A DNA stretch of 64,000 nucleotides, taken from the NCBI GenBank assembly GCA_000165345.1, contig CM000436.1, forward strand, positions 384,001-448,000. Direction: 5' to 3'. The notes beneath the pieces were generated by a model, which was given only the letters and a program-made list of their open reading frames with translations, was not told the DNA's origin and made no database searches. A program made the position numbers and the translations under genes. Below are positions 29,323 to 38,805 of the stretch, one piece after another. Position 1 is the stretch's first letter; the number at the start of each line of letters is the position of its first letter.

Positions 29323-32300
29323 ATGACGTATGATGAGCATCTAGAACTGCGAAACGATCTTTATCAGACATCGCTTAGACTTTTTCGCAGTGATATAAAA
29401 TGGCTATCCGAATATATTCCCTCAGTATCAAAATGGCGAGTAAAAGTAATGCTGAAGGAGGAATTGGGGAGTTTTACAGGTGACAACTGTCCAAATAATC
29501 AATCCTCAACATATGGAAAAAGAATTTTTGGAAAAAATAATTTAACAAGTTCACCTCAACCTGAGGAAAACTTGGTAAGTATTAGCAATTCTGAAGGTTC
29601 ACCTAATTCTAATTTAAAACATAATTTATGTGATATCAACGATGCTATTATTAATAAAGAAGAGATTTCAATAAAAATTCCTTCTATACCTTCAAATTCT
29701 GAATCTCCCAATAATTCATTTTATTCGAACGGTGTATTTGCTACAGATAGTGAGAAAACAAACTCCGGTATTAATCATTTTGATAATGCATGTAAAATTA
29801 ATGTGGATAAAAATGACGAATTGCCGGTATATGACAAATTACATGTGGATAATAATAAAAATAATGAAATAAAAATTGAGCAAAAAGAATCTGTGTGTGC
29901 AAATGAAGAACAAAATGAAAAAAATGGATTAATTTTGAGTATTAATTTTGAAGATAATGAGAAGAGTGAGGTTAATGAATTTAATCAAGGTGAAGCTATA
30001 AATAGAGATCAAAGTGAGAGAGATGAGTTTAGAACTTACAATATTTTGACAGGTAAAGATGGTAAGTATTCCAAGGAAAAAGTTACCAATATTTCTTCAT
30101 TTGGCCTAACTTTATGGGAATATTTACCTTTGGTAGCAATATTGAGTGGCTGTACTGGAATATTTATTATTTTTAGACTATCTTCAGCAATGTATAGATA
30201 TTCTGTTCTATCTTGTATAATTTCTCATTTGATAACTTTTCTCTTAATTGGAATTCCCTTATCACAACTTGAGTTTTCTATGAGGAAAAAAGGTCAAAGA
30301 TATGGATTTTTGGAAGCAATGCAATATTTTAATCCTAAATATGTTGGAATAACCATTTTAAGTTTGGTTACAGTTATGATAATTTTTCTATATTCTGTTC
30401 AGATTATTAGTTCTTTGAGCGTTATATTGCATAATATCTCAAAGAAAGCATGGAGAATAACTTTTGATGATACATTAGTTTGCAGTCAAATAAATAATTC
30501 AATATTCCCAACAAATGGTGAACTAATTGATACTATAAAATCTGGAAAATTAACTTCAGAAAGACTCAACAATGCATACTCACTCTGTTCTCTTTCTTCT
30601 ATCTGTAATATGATTATTCCTTTCTTCCAGGATACAAATGGCATGATGAATGCTATCAAATCTTATATTACAACCTCTGAAACAGGAAATACCACAACAA
30701 ATTCCAGAGTTTTGGATAATTCAAACATTGAATTTTTTGAGAAAATCGATAAAGCTACAAATAATACTATTGATTCTCCATACTCTCCCAATTTTCCAAC
30801 ATGGTGTTTGCCTTCACCATCGAAAAAATTACGTAATTTGATGGTTTTGCAACAAAGTGGTTACCAGGAAACAATTTACTTCTCTTTAAAAAATGCTATA
30901 ATTAATACTGAAAACTTGTTTGAAACTCAGATCTTTCCTATGAAGAAGCCTTTGAAATGGTTTAATTCCAATTTATTAGCAAGAATTGTTGGAATTTCAT
31001 TTGCATTTATATTTATAATATTATCAATAAATGGAGGAGGAAAGCTTTATAGAGTTGCATCATTCTTATCATTTCTCTCTCTTATGACGCTATTTCTTAC
31101 TGCTTCAATTCAGATTGTTGCTAATGATATTCAACTTAATATATTCATTTCAATTCTAGTCACTCAGGAAGGAATTGAAAATCTATTTTCTCCAGCAATA
31201 TGGTACTGCTCAATAAACAATACTCTACTCTTCTTTGGAATTTCATTCTTAATTACAATGTTCCCTTTGAAGGAATTAATCAGAGAAGATTACAATACTA
31301 ATACTTCGAATTCTTTAGGTTATGAGAAAGATCATTTTTATGATAAATTTACGTATGATCACGTTAGTTCCAGACCAGAAGTTACTAAGAATTCGATTTC
31401 TTCTATTTTTGAGACTGAAAATCAAAAATCTGATAAAGTCCCAATTGGCTTCAAAAAACCAAGAATTGGTGAAATCACTCTTAGAAAGCATGTTTCCAGG
31501 ATATATAAATCAGTTTATAACCAAGAAATTGAAAAAAGTGATTTAAAACACAGAAATATTGAAGATTTTTCTATTGAAAATGTATCTAAAGTCCCAATCA
31601 ATTATAATAATGAGGAGAATACTATCAGTCAAAATCAAAATGTTAAAAATATGGCTTTAGAGTCCTGTCCAAATGGTCATGATGAACATAAACATTTCCC
31701 TTCTTTAATGAGCGCAGCTAATTCTGCTGTGTTCTTTCTTGCATGCGTAATGATATCGTCAATGGTTGTTTTAATATCTAACGCAGCTCTAATTTCCCTC
31801 TCTGAATCTCCATATACTCCTTTACTTCTTCCTTTCAATGAAAAGTATAGTAATGTATTTAGTAATGGCTCAATTAAAGGAAGTATCAATTATCAAGGAG
31901 TTTATAGACCAATTACAGAATCAGATCCCTATGCAAATAACAGAGCTTATTATTATTTTGATGGTTCAATGTACAAAGGATTTGAATATTTTAATACTTC
32001 TAAATTATTTCATGAAAATAATTGGCTAATGCATAATGTACTTGATAAAGACTCTGGTAATTTTCAAGAGACATTTCAAATCTTTAATGGAGAATCAGGT
32101 TCAATGGAAGAAATTAGCTTCTTGAAAAACCATATGGTTAGCTGGTTTAAATGGAATTTCCTCCAGGTAAAGTCTCAATCTCTTATACTTGGTGAGTTTA
32201 TGATTATTTATTTGATAATAATTGCTATCGAAGTTTCAAAAAGAATTCCTAGTGGAGTTACAATATTCTTTATATTTGTTGTATTTTCATTTGCAATATC

Positions 32301-34137
32301 TAGTGCATGTTTATGTACTAGTATTATTTCAAAGCATATTTTTGTGATATTCAATTATTGGATCCTTCCAATTATGGCACCAAAATTTGGAATTTCAGGC
32401 AAAGATTCAGAGTTAAATAATCTAAAGAATAAAGAAAAAAAGAATATTAGAAGATTAAGAAAGCATAATCAAAACACAAATTTAGTTAAGGATTCGAATT
32501 ATTGTGATAAATATAAAAAGATTGACAAGAATGAAAAAGAAAGAAAATTAAACAGAAGAAAAAGGGAGGAAAGATTAGTAAATATAAAGAAGAGGAAGAT
32601 TCCAGTGATTTACAAGATAAAAAGCTTCTTTAAGCTAATATTTTGTATTTTATCATCATTTCTCTTACTAATAAAGTTGCAGATTTTCAAGTTTATTGGA
32701 ATTTCTTATAGGAATAAACAAAATAGAAAAATTGAAAAAATGACATTTTTTGTTCAATTTTCATTTATTACACTTTTGATTATAATGGGATTATTAATCA
32801 ATATAGTTTCTTCATTCATTCCAAGATTTCCAATAGATTATATAGATGAAAACAATAAAATTCTTCAAGAGCAATTGGAATTAAGTAAAACAGCTTTTTT
32901 AAACTTTTCTGAGAAAAATGAATTGCTAAAACATTATAACAATGATATTTATATTGCTAAAACATTTAATATTGTTTTTGGATCTTTATTTGATATCAGA
33001 ATAATAAGCAGTTCAGTCAATTTTATGTTAGCTTTAACAGCAGGTATCGAAGTAATTATACTTACTTGGTATATGTATAGAGATATCCAGGAGGAGATAA
33101 TTGGAAAGAATGCTTTAAAATTCCAAACAATTGGGTTTGTGATTTCAACTGTTTTACTTTCTATTGGATTTTTACTTGGAATAAAATTGATTTTTATAAT
33201 ATTTATATTACTATCATTTTCAAACTATTTAATTTTTTTTATAATTTCTAGATATTTTGCAAAGAAGAATTTTATAATAAATCATGAACAAGTAATAAAA
33301 AGACAGAAATACAGTCCAATTTGGTGGTTATATGTTTCTAATATTGATATTTTAAGAAGAAAATTTAATTCACAAGAATTGGAAGATGCTGGATCATTAA
33401 CATATTATTCAGAGAAATCAATTATACAAGTAGGTAGTACGAATAGTGATAATTATGACTATTGTTTCAGTGATTTGAATAATAAGAAGATTATTCAACA
33501 TGGATATTCTTCAAAGAATGAAGAACTGATTGAAAATATTTCCAACTTTAACCTATACTGTAATGTTAGATCTCGACAACCATTATTTATCAGTTTCTGG
33601 TTTATTATGGCAAAATATTTTTCTTCTATACTTATTTTCAGTACCATACCTTTGAGTATAGCAAATACTTTAAGTTTACTCTTCTTTAGATTAGATTGTT
33701 TGGATGGTATAGTTTCTGAGATTTTATTACTGAATTACATTTCTAAAATGAAGATAAACATGATAAATATTACAAATCGTGTATCAATCTTTCAACCAAT
33801 TCAAGTTATTGTAATCAGTATGTTAATTGTATTTGGAATTAGTACAGCATTAATTATTACATTATATATAAAATTCAAGCAAAATAAGTTAAGAAAAATT
33901 TCGAATAATGGTAATAATCCTAATTGCTTAATTACTAATAATCAAAACTATTCAAGAGAAGATCAAGAAATTAACTTGAATAATATATTAGATGACGTTT
34001 ATGAGTCTTTAAAAGTTCCAGAATGTATTGAATTATATTCAAACAATAAGATTGAGAATTTGGGGAAAATGCCCCAAAAGCTTATAATTTCCTTTGCAAT
34101 GCTTGAAAATCATAAATTATTAAACAAATATAAATAG
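29323..34137 (+). CDS. Very large polytopic membrane protein (more than 20 predicted TM helices, long hydrophilic N-terminus, internal K/R-rich loop); possible divergent transporter
   Basis: Many hydrophobic helices. The first TM pair, ...FLLIGIPLSQLEFSMRKKGQRYGF, weakly resembles SLC6 TM1-TM2 (...GGIPLF.MELALGQ...), but no firm family assignment is possible. Confidence 0.55.
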   Translation: MTYDEHLELRNDLYQTSLRLFRSDIKWLSEYIPSVSKWRVKVMLKEELGSFTGDNCPNNQSSTYGKRIFGKNNLTSSPQPEENLVSISNSEGSPNSNLKHNLCDINDAIINKEEISIKIPSIPSNSESPNNSFYSNGVFATDSEKTNSGINHFDNACKINVDKNDELPVYDKLHVDNNKNNEIKIEQKESVCANEEQNEKNGLILSINFEDNEKSEVNEFNQGEAINRDQSERDEFRTYNILTGKDGKYSKEKVTNISSFGLTLWEYLPLVAILSGCTGIFIIFRLSSAMYRYSVLSCIISHLITFLLIGIPLSQLEFSMRKKGQRYGFLEAMQYFNPKYVGITILSLVTVMIIFLYSVQIISSLSVILHNISKKAWRITFDDTLVCSQINNSIFPTNGELIDTIKSGKLTSERLNNAYSLCSLSSICNMIIPFFQDTNGMMNAIKSYITTSETGNTTTNSRVLDNSNIEFFEKIDKATNNTIDSPYSPNFPTWCLPSPSKKLRNLMVLQQSGYQETIYFSLKNAIINTENLFETQIFPMKKPLKWFNSNLLARIVGISFAFIFIILSINGGGKLYRVASFLSFLSLMTLFLTASIQIVANDIQLNIFISILVTQEGIENLFSPAIWYCSINNTLLFFGISFLITMFPLKELIREDYNTNTSNSLGYEKDHFYDKFTYDHVSSRPEVTKNSISSIFETENQKSDKVPIGFKKPRIGEITLRKHVSRIYKSVYNQEIEKSDLKHRNIEDFSIENVSKVPINYNNEENTISQNQNVKNMALESCPNGHDEHKHFPSLMSAANSAVFFLACVMISSMVVLISNAALISLSESPYTPLLLPFNEKYSNVFSNGSIKGSINYQGVYRPITESDPYANNRAYYYFDGSMYKGFEYFNTSKLFHENNWLMHNVLDKDSGNFQETFQIFNGESGSMEEISFLKNHMVSWFKWNFLQVKSQSLILGEFMIIYLIIIAIEVSKRIPSGVTIFFIFVVFSFAISSACLCTSIISKHIFVIFNYWILPIMAPKFGISGKDSELNNLKNKEKKNIRRLRKHNQNTNLVKDSNYCDKYKKIDKNEKERKLNRRKREERLVNIKKRKIPVIYKIKSFFKLIFCILSSFLLLIKLQIFKFIGISYRNKQNRKIEKMTFFVQFSFITLLIIMGLLINIVSSFIPRFPIDYIDENNKILQEQLELSKTAFLNFSEKNELLKHYNNDIYIAKTFNIVFGSLFDIRIISSSVNFMLALTAGIEVIILTWYMYRDIQEEIIGKNALKFQTIGFVISTVLLSIGFLLGIKLIFIIFILLSFSNYLIFFIISRYFAKKNFIINHEQVIKRQKYSPIWWLYVSNIDILRRKFNSQELEDAGSLTYYSEKSIIQVGSTNSDNYDYCFSDLNNKKIIQHGYSSKNEELIENISNFNLYCNVRSRQPLFISFWFIMAKYFSSILIFSTIPLSIANTLSLLFFRLDCLDGIVSEILLLNYISKMKINMINITNRVSIFQPIQVIVISMLIVFGISTALIITLYIKFKQNKLRKISNNGNNPNCLITNNQNYSREDQEINLNNILDDVYESLKVPECIELYSNNKIENLGKMPQKLIISFAMLENHKLLNKYK

Positions 34138-34379
34138 ATATCTCCATTTAACCTCATTGTTATAGAATAGCTATATTTTGATAAAATATAATAAAGCTTA
34201 TTAGAGATAGAGAATCAAGTAATAATCATCTTAATAAAGATACTGTTATTTCTCAGGATTAGTATTTTTCAGACTTTAAATTTTAACTTTGACATTTTTT
34301 CTTCTTATAATCTTATTAATTAATAGTGCGTGTACATAAGTGCATGTATATTACTTTTTATTTTGTATTATCCACTTAA

Positions 34380-34470
34380 ACTATTTCATATACCGGTATT
34401 ACATGCAGATACACGTGTTTATAAAGAAAAGCCGCCCCACAGCACATGCAATAATTCATGAGAGTTCCCG
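34380..34470. promoter_or_regulatory. Motif cluster TATACCGGTATTACATGCAG, G-box ACACGTGTT, CACATGCAAT, TTCCCGCC
   Basis: Lies 200-300 bp upstream of the ATG at 34677. Confidence 0.5.
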
Positions 34471-34676
34471 CCTTCTAGGAAAGCACCACAAAATAAATTT
34501 AAAGTCAAAATATTAGGCGGATAAAGATAAAAAGGATAAGTTAAATAAGAAATTAAGGGCGTTAATTTCCGAGGTAGTGATAAACATTATTAGCGGAGAA
34601 TTAGGGGTAAGAGAAGGAATCTTGAAAAATCTTATTTGGAGCAAATGTATGAGTGTAACTGAAAGTAAGCTTATCA

Positions 34677-37600
34677 ATGTTAAAGAAGATTTTTGGTAAA
34701 AAGAATGAGGAGGGAGAAGATGGTGTAAAACCAGTAAAAGCTAATTTAGGAGAGGAAAATAAATTCTATTATAATAAGGAGTTAAAAAGTTGGGTTGTTC
34801 GTGGGGAAGAACACTTAGTCGAGCAGAAGCAAAACCTTCCACCTCCACCTCCAAAGAGGCCAACAACAACGGATTCTGGTACTAGGACAGAAAGTATGGC
34901 ATCTTTTTCCTCAGGTTCTCAGAGTACAGGAATAAGAAAGAATTTATATACTTCTACACCTGGATTGAATATTATGAAAAATTCCAAGGAGCAAATAGGA
35001 GGAATAATACCTGCTATAGGCTTTAACTCCTCCAATGCAAATGCAACTTTATTTGGTCCAGTTGGTGCGCCTAATAACAATAATGCTATAGATAACTTGG
35101 ACAATCAAAGTGGAAATTTAGAACCTGGTAAATACGATCCAAAGGATTTAAATGAAAAGCAAGGTATTCAAGAGCAAATCCAGGTTAGAAGTGATTCTAA
35201 AGAAGCAAGAAGAACATCTATTCAAGGAAAGGAACTAGAGGGCGAACATTTAGAGCTGAGTCCAAGCAACTTTGAAGGTTATTCTGCTGAAATTTCCGGG
35301 CTTGGTCGCCATTTACGAGAAGATCAGAACATATCAGTCCCGTCTTCGTCTTATACAAATTTCACTAATCAAAGCAGTGCTAATACAATATCAATAACTA
35401 ATAAAGTACTCCCTCCTATACCATCTTTACCAAATGCAGCTATTTCAAATCGTGATTTAACATATGGAGTATCTCAAAGAAGAGCATCTCTCCAGGATTC
35501 TCCTTTATCGTTTATTTCAACTCCAAATGTAATTCAGAATCCAAAGGATACTTTGGGAGAAAAAATGGAGGAGGCTTCAACATCCCAGAATCAGTACATT
35601 CACCAAGAGATTTCTGGAAAGCAAGTTTGTCAAGAATTTGATTATAATAATATTGGAATTTCAATCCAAGGTTTGAATGAACAGCAAGAAAATATGATGG
35701 AAAGTATGAGAAACCAAGTAGAGGAAAGCAAGATGAACTCAACTATTTCAAATTCAGAGAGTGACCAGACTGAAATCCTATATACTCAGAATGATATGAG
35801 ACAAAGACAAAGAATAAGACCACTGTCTCAGAGAAGTGCTGCTTCAAACGGTATTTCTGGATTAACTGAGAAAAATGAACAAATAGATGTAATTAAAGAA
35901 AAAATGGATATAAATTGGAATAAAGCCTCCTCTGGAGGTGAAGTTGTAAATCATAGAGTGAGCAATACACCAAAAATGGAGTCATCCATTCTTGAGTTGA
36001 TTTCATTTTTTGGATTCAAATATGACGAGAAATCCCAAAAGTTATTGGATAATTTGGAGTATAATGAGAATATGAATATTAGCGAACAACATTATTCTGC
36101 TCAGAAAGAAGAAAAGAGGAGTTTAACACAAGTTTGTATAGATATTAAGGAAAATAAGTTAAAACAAATGAACTTTTTGGTTGGAAAAATTTTCAAAAGT
36201 TTACAAGACTCTAGTAGTGAGTATGATAGTTTATTGGAGATGATTTTGAATATTGGTAACATTACAAATAAGACATTTCAAGAAATTTCAGGGACTATTA
36301 ACATAGTAATGTCCAATAGTGATGAGATTGAAAAGGAGCTTATTAAAACTAGGGGGTTGTATCTAGACTTAGTTAAAAAGTACAAGGCAATATATAAGCA
36401 GTACGAGACAGATATGATAACTTTGAGAAGTGAATTAGAAAATGAGAAGAATATGAACATTACAAATTCTAAAGAGTTTGAGGAGAAGTTAAAGAGGGTT
36501 CAGGATGAGTTTTCATCAAATGAAGCTTCAAATAACGAATTACTGCACCAATATTATTCATATATTCAAGATCTACAACATAGATTTGAAGAAATGCAAG
36601 AGAATATGCAAGGAAAGGATCTTGAGATTAAGATGTCAGAGGAAGAGATTCAGAAGTTAAAATCTGAAATTGAAGAATTAAGAATAAAGTTAGAAGAGAA
36701 AAAAAGAGAGTTTATGCTAGCTTCAGAAAAGTTTGAAGAGTATGAGAGAGAAAATCAGAGATTAAGAGAAAGTAATGAAGAATTGATTTCGCTTTCAAAA
36801 TTGAATGAAGAGAATAGCAAACAAGAAAGAATAGTATTAATTGAGGAGCATAAACAGGAGCTAGAGTTAATGGAGAAGTTCAGTCGCGAGCAAGATGAAC
36901 ATATTAATCAACTTCAAAAGAGTATAGGTGACTTAAGTGAGGAAAGATCTGAGCTACTGAATCAAAGTGAACAGCTAAGGAATGAGATTATGATAATTAA
37001 AGCACAAGTTGAGAACTTAGTAGAAGAGAAGTCTAAGATAGAGGAAGAAGTCTTGACCTTAAGTTCACAAAACCAAGACAAGTCCTCAAGAATTATTGAA
37101 CTAGAAAGTATGATTGGAACTGAGTCACAGAGAATGGAAACAGTTTCTAGAGAAATGGAAGAATTAAAAGGCTTGAATAGTCAGATGGAACAAAAAATAG
37201 AGGAAATTGAAAAGGAAAAGATTCAAATAGAGTCAGAATTAAGACTAGAAAAGGAAAGCTCAGTTGAAAATTTCGAGAAATTGTCAAAAGAATTAGAGGA
37301 AATGACACTAAAGAGCCAGAGTTTAATGGAAGCTTCTAAGGATGAAATGGAGTCTGAGAGAAGAAAGTTGAAGGAAGAGCTGGAATCTAAGACTGAGGAG
37401 TATAATAAGCATATTAATTGGTTAGAAAGTGAAATTTCAAGAGTTGATGAGGAGTGGAGGACAAGACAAACACATATTGAGGCAAACTATGAACAGCTTT
37501 ATGCACAGTATATGGATTTGAGCTCAAGAGAAGGCGAACTTGGAGTTTTACAGGAAAGGGTTAACGAACTTGAATCTGAAAAGGTTAATAGAAATGAGTA

Positions 37601-38294
37601 CATTTCAGAATTAGAAACGAAATTGAATGAAAGTCAAAATGACAACAGGGTTTCAGAGCTAGAAGAGAGACTGAAAGAAATTGAGATCCAGAATCAAGAC
37701 AATTCAAACAAACTCAAAGAATCTGAGGAAGAGATTCTGAGAGGCAAAATGTCCATTAGTGAGCTTGAGGCTCGTCTTGAATCTGAAACAGGTAGAAACA
37801 AGTCTCTAAATGATGAAGTTGAAAGCTTACAGACTTCAAATGGAACTTATTTGGCTAGAATCGAGGAACTGGAGAGAAGGCTTGAAAGCTCTGAGCAATA
37901 CAAAGACTACATGTGTAAACTTGAACAGAGAACATTAGAACTCGAAAGCTCCTTAGAAGTAAAGTGTAAGGAATATGACTCATTAGAAGAGCAACATAAC
38001 AAGTTGATAAATGAAAACAAAGAACTCGAAAGATTAAATAGTCATGAAAATAATCATCAAATGAAACTTGAGAACGAAAAACTTAAAGAAACTAATGAAG
38101 CAGTCTATATCAAACTGGAAGCTTTCTCCAGAGATATTGACATGCTTAATAATCAACTTGAGTGGGTCAGAAGATATTCCCCACAAGTATATGAAGCAAT
38201 GCTCGAAAATACCTATCAATATTCTGGCCCATCCTTTGATAGTAATCCCAACAACCCCGGTGCTGAACACGAAATTTCCGATATTGCTCTGTAG
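34677..38294 (+). CDS. Large coiled-coil protein: S/T/N-rich N-terminal half, then about 700 aa of E/K/L-rich heptad coiled coil; golgin/tether-like, otherwise hypothetical
   Basis: Sequence composition only (long ELE..KLE..IE..L runs). ATG at 34677 (MLKKIFGKK). Confidence 0.55.
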   Translation: MLKKIFGKKNEEGEDGVKPVKANLGEENKFYYNKELKSWVVRGEEHLVEQKQNLPPPPPKRPTTTDSGTRTESMASFSSGSQSTGIRKNLYTSTPGLNIMKNSKEQIGGIIPAIGFNSSNANATLFGPVGAPNNNNAIDNLDNQSGNLEPGKYDPKDLNEKQGIQEQIQVRSDSKEARRTSIQGKELEGEHLELSPSNFEGYSAEISGLGRHLREDQNISVPSSSYTNFTNQSSANTISITNKVLPPIPSLPNAAISNRDLTYGVSQRRASLQDSPLSFISTPNVIQNPKDTLGEKMEEASTSQNQYIHQEISGKQVCQEFDYNNIGISIQGLNEQQENMMESMRNQVEESKMNSTISNSESDQTEILYTQNDMRQRQRIRPLSQRSAASNGISGLTEKNEQIDVIKEKMDINWNKASSGGEVVNHRVSNTPKMESSILELISFFGFKYDEKSQKLLDNLEYNENMNISEQHYSAQKEEKRSLTQVCIDIKENKLKQMNFLVGKIFKSLQDSSSEYDSLLEMILNIGNITNKTFQEISGTINIVMSNSDEIEKELIKTRGLYLDLVKKYKAIYKQYETDMITLRSELENEKNMNITNSKEFEEKLKRVQDEFSSNEASNNELLHQYYSYIQDLQHRFEEMQENMQGKDLEIKMSEEEIQKLKSEIEELRIKLEEKKREFMLASEKFEEYERENQRLRESNEELISLSKLNEENSKQERIVLIEEHKQELELMEKFSREQDEHINQLQKSIGDLSEERSELLNQSEQLRNEIMIIKAQVENLVEEKSKIEEEVLTLSSQNQDKSSRIIELESMIGTESQRMETVSREMEELKGLNSQMEQKIEEIEKEKIQIESELRLEKESSVENFEKLSKELEEMTLKSQSLMEASKDEMESERRKLKEELESKTEEYNKHINWLESEISRVDEEWRTRQTHIEANYEQLYAQYMDLSSREGELGVLQERVNELESEKVNRNEYISELETKLNESQNDNRVSELEERLKEIEIQNQDNSNKLKESEEEILRGKMSISELEARLESETGRNKSLNDEVESLQTSNGTYLARIEELERRLESSEQYKDYMCKLEQRTLELESSLEVKCKEYDSLEEQHNKLINENKELERLNSHENNHQMKLENEKLKETNEAVYIKLEAFSRDIDMLNNQLEWVRRYSPQVYEAMLENTYQYSGPSFDSNPNNPGAEHEISDIAL

Positions 38295-38580
38295 CTCCGC
38301 GGGGCAACCCCACAATGCCCGCCATCGACTGCATGGATTTCCCGCCATGAAGCGGGTATTGATTTTAGGTTTTTTCTTTGGAGAGGGTTCCGAGCCTTAA
38401 GTACTGTCTAAAGTAATGGCCCCTCTTGGGCTAGAGGGGGGGAGCAGGAGGGAAAAGCTGTGAGAAAAAGGAAAGAGGAGGAGAGGATAAGAAAGAACTA
38501 AAAACGGCTAGTAAAAAGAGTAACAAGACTGTGTGAAAGAAGCCTCAAGTGTGAGGAAGAGGTAAGACTTTTGGAATTGG
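38290..38580 (+). other. GC-rich / polypurine island with E2F-like boxes (ATGCCCGCCATC, ATTTCCCGCCATGAAGCGGG) and a 130-nt purine-rich tract; putative USP gene leader, possibly containing a small intron (GTAAGA...CAATAG)
   Basis: Base composition departs sharply from the 70%-AT background. The purine-rich strand is the sense strand of the downstream gene. The intron call is speculative. Confidence 0.35.
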
Positions 38581-38619
38581 AAGAGACTAGAAGAGTCTAA
38601 CTTCAATAGAAAGACAGTT

Positions 38620-38690
38620 ATATTTCTATATATGTATATGTATATATACATATATAGAAATATATATATATTTACATGCAATATATATAA
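38620..38690. repeat. Imperfect (TA)/(TATG) microsatellite
   Basis: tatatgtatatgtatatatacatatatagaaatatatatatatttacatgcaatatatata, read directly. Confidence 0.7.
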
Positions 38691-38805
38691 TAGCGAGTAA
38701 ATAAATCGTCAATAGAAGGATAATCTTCAAGCCTCTAATTTTAGGAGGGATTGAAAGATTGAATGAGCCAAGCAAGGATTTTTAATTTCTAGCAAGACTG
38801 AGTAA

